The position numbers and the translations under genes are program-made. From an uncultured cyanobacterium (GTDB lineage: Bacteria; Cyanobacteriota; Cyanobacteriia; Cyanobacteriales; CAWUOF01), in contig CAVUSO010000001.1 of the NCBI GenBank assembly GCA_963744145.1, positions 2,912,001-2,976,000 of the forward strand: DNA of 64,000 bases, read 5' to 3'. Every line of letters starts with the position of its first letter. Position 1 is the first letter of the stretch. Below, piece after piece: positions 62,770 to 64,000 of the stretch. Under the pieces are notes generated by a model. It was not told the DNA's origin. It did no database searches and saw only the letters and a list, made by a program, of their open reading frames with translations.

Positions 62770-63828
62770 TTAGAGAGCGTTACCACGAGGTAGAACTTCT
62801 TCAGGGAAGATGAAGTTTTCGTGGGGTTGGTCTTGAGGAGCCATCCAAGCGCGGATTCCCTCATTGAGCAGAATATTTTTGGTGTAAAAAGTCTCAAATT
62901 CTGGGTCTTCAGCAGCCCGCAGTTCCTGAGAAACAAAATCGTAAGCCCGTAGGTTTAAGGCTAAACCGACAATTCCGACCGAACTCATCCACAAACCGGT
63001 AACTGGCACAAATAACATAAAGAAATGGAGCCAGCGTTTGTTGGAAAAAGCAATCCCAAAGATTTGCGACCAGAAACGGTTCGCGGTCACCATGGAGTAG
63101 GTTTCTTCCGATTGGGTGGGATTAAATGCGCGGAAGGTGTTGGCTGCTTCCCCATCTTCAAATAGGGTGTTTTCTACAGTAGCACCGTGAATCGCACATA
63201 ATAAGGCTCCTCCTAAGATCCCTGCCACACCCATCATGTGGAAAGGGTTGAGAGTCCAGTTATGGAAACCTTGGAGGAATAAGAGGAAACGGAAGATAGC
63301 AGCGACTCCGAAGCTGGGGGCAAAGAACCAGCCTGATTGACCCAAGGGGTACATCAGAAAGACGGAGACGAATACGGCGATCGGACCAGTGAAAGCGAGG
63401 GCGTTGTAAGGACGAATCCCAACTAAGCGAGCGATTTCAATTTGGCGTAAGCAAAAGCCGATTAAGCCAAAGGCACCGTGGAGGGCAACAAATGTCCACA
63501 AGCCGCCCAGTTGACACCAGCGGACAAAATCCCATTGAGCTTCTGGTCCCCAGAGGAACAATAAGGAGTGTCCGAGACTGTTGGGAGGGGTGGATACAGC
63601 AACGGTGAGGAAGTTGCAGCCTTCTAAGTAGGAAGAGGCTAACCCGTGGGTGTACCAAGATGTGACGAAGGTGGTGCCAGTCAGCCAGCCTCCGAGCGCC
63701 AAATAGGCACAAGGGAAGAGAAGTATACCAGACCAGCCCACGAAGACAAAGCGATCGCGTTTTAACCAGTCGTCGAGGACATCAAACCATCCTCGTTCGA
63801 CTTGGGGGCGTCCGAGTGCAATTGTCAT
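62770..63828 (-). CDS. psbD: Photosystem II D2 protein, monocistronic copy (no psbC follows)
   Basis: Canonical D2 sequence; terminator directly downstream. Confidence 0.98.
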   Translation of the reverse strand: MTIALGRPQVERGWFDVLDDWLKRDRFVFVGWSGILLFPCAYLALGGWLTGTTFVTSWYTHGLASSYLEGCNFLTVAVSTPPNSLGHSLLFLWGPEAQWDFVRWCQLGGLWTFVALHGAFGLIGFCLRQIEIARLVGIRPYNALAFTGPIAVFVSVFLMYPLGQSGWFFAPSFGVAAIFRFLLFLQGFHNWTLNPFHMMGVAGILGGALLCAIHGATVENTLFEDGEAANTFRAFNPTQSEETYSMVTANRFWSQIFGIAFSNKRWLHFFMLFVPVTGLWMSSVGIVGLALNLRAYDFVSQELRAAEDPEFETFYTKNILLNEGIRAWMAPQDQPHENFIFPEEVLPRGNAL

Positions 63829-63929
63829 TGCTCGAATCTCCAAGGAAAAATATTATGAGTGCAAAGGAACTAGCTCTGCTCAATTTTGGTTTTGGGTCTA
63901 AGCACAAAACGAGTAAAATATGAGGAGAG

Positions 63930-63960
63930 TTTACGTTTCTTTACTATAAAATTTATTATA
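63930..63960 (-). promoter_or_regulatory. psbD -10 box and HLR1-like direct repeat
   Basis: TATAAT on minus strand at 63955-63960; TTTACGTT-TC-TTTACTAT at 63930-63947 resembles the RpaB HLR1 motif. Confidence 0.5.
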
Positions 63961-64000
63961 AGCACAAGTTGGAAATTTTCGATCGGGAATTTTGGACAGT

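Noticed and set aside
62724..62786. psbC start overlapping psbD
   Set aside because: GTG-VTLS frame stops after ~20 codons and a terminator follows

Overview
This is AT-rich cyanobacterial chromosomal DNA, with abundant HIP1 (GCGATCGC) sites and psbH, psbD, hfq-dapF and lrtA/hpf. Most of the window is core genes: pth, tatA, psbH, hfq, dapF, thiE/thiS, potABCD, mrdA, dnaG, maf, bcp, hpf, lipB, an Rrf2 regulator, an SLH porin, phhB, a stand-alone psbD and c-di-GMP enzymes. Two accessory patches interrupt them. The first (~6.65-19 kb) contains an IS607 tnpA without tnpB, several gene stubs and a ~280-bp tandem array of GTAG-type REP hairpins. The array carries 24-nt self-nesting mini-elements and an intact ISAs1 with a 10-bp target duplication. 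The patch also has a Ser/Thr kinase-GUN4 gene, an HNH pair, a HIP1-truncated duplicate of the kinase 5' end, and a nuclease-SNF2 pair. The last ~100 coding nt of the kinase gene are almost free of adenine, making them a candidate hypervariable tip. The second patch (~27.9-31.2 kb) holds an ABC-ATPase + TOPRIM-like pair, a vapBC module and short inverted-repeat elements. A ~300-nt structured RNA with a small ORF lies downstream of psbD. No CRISPR array, rRNA, tRNA or reverse transcriptase was seen. All assignments come from reading motifs by eye; no searches were run.
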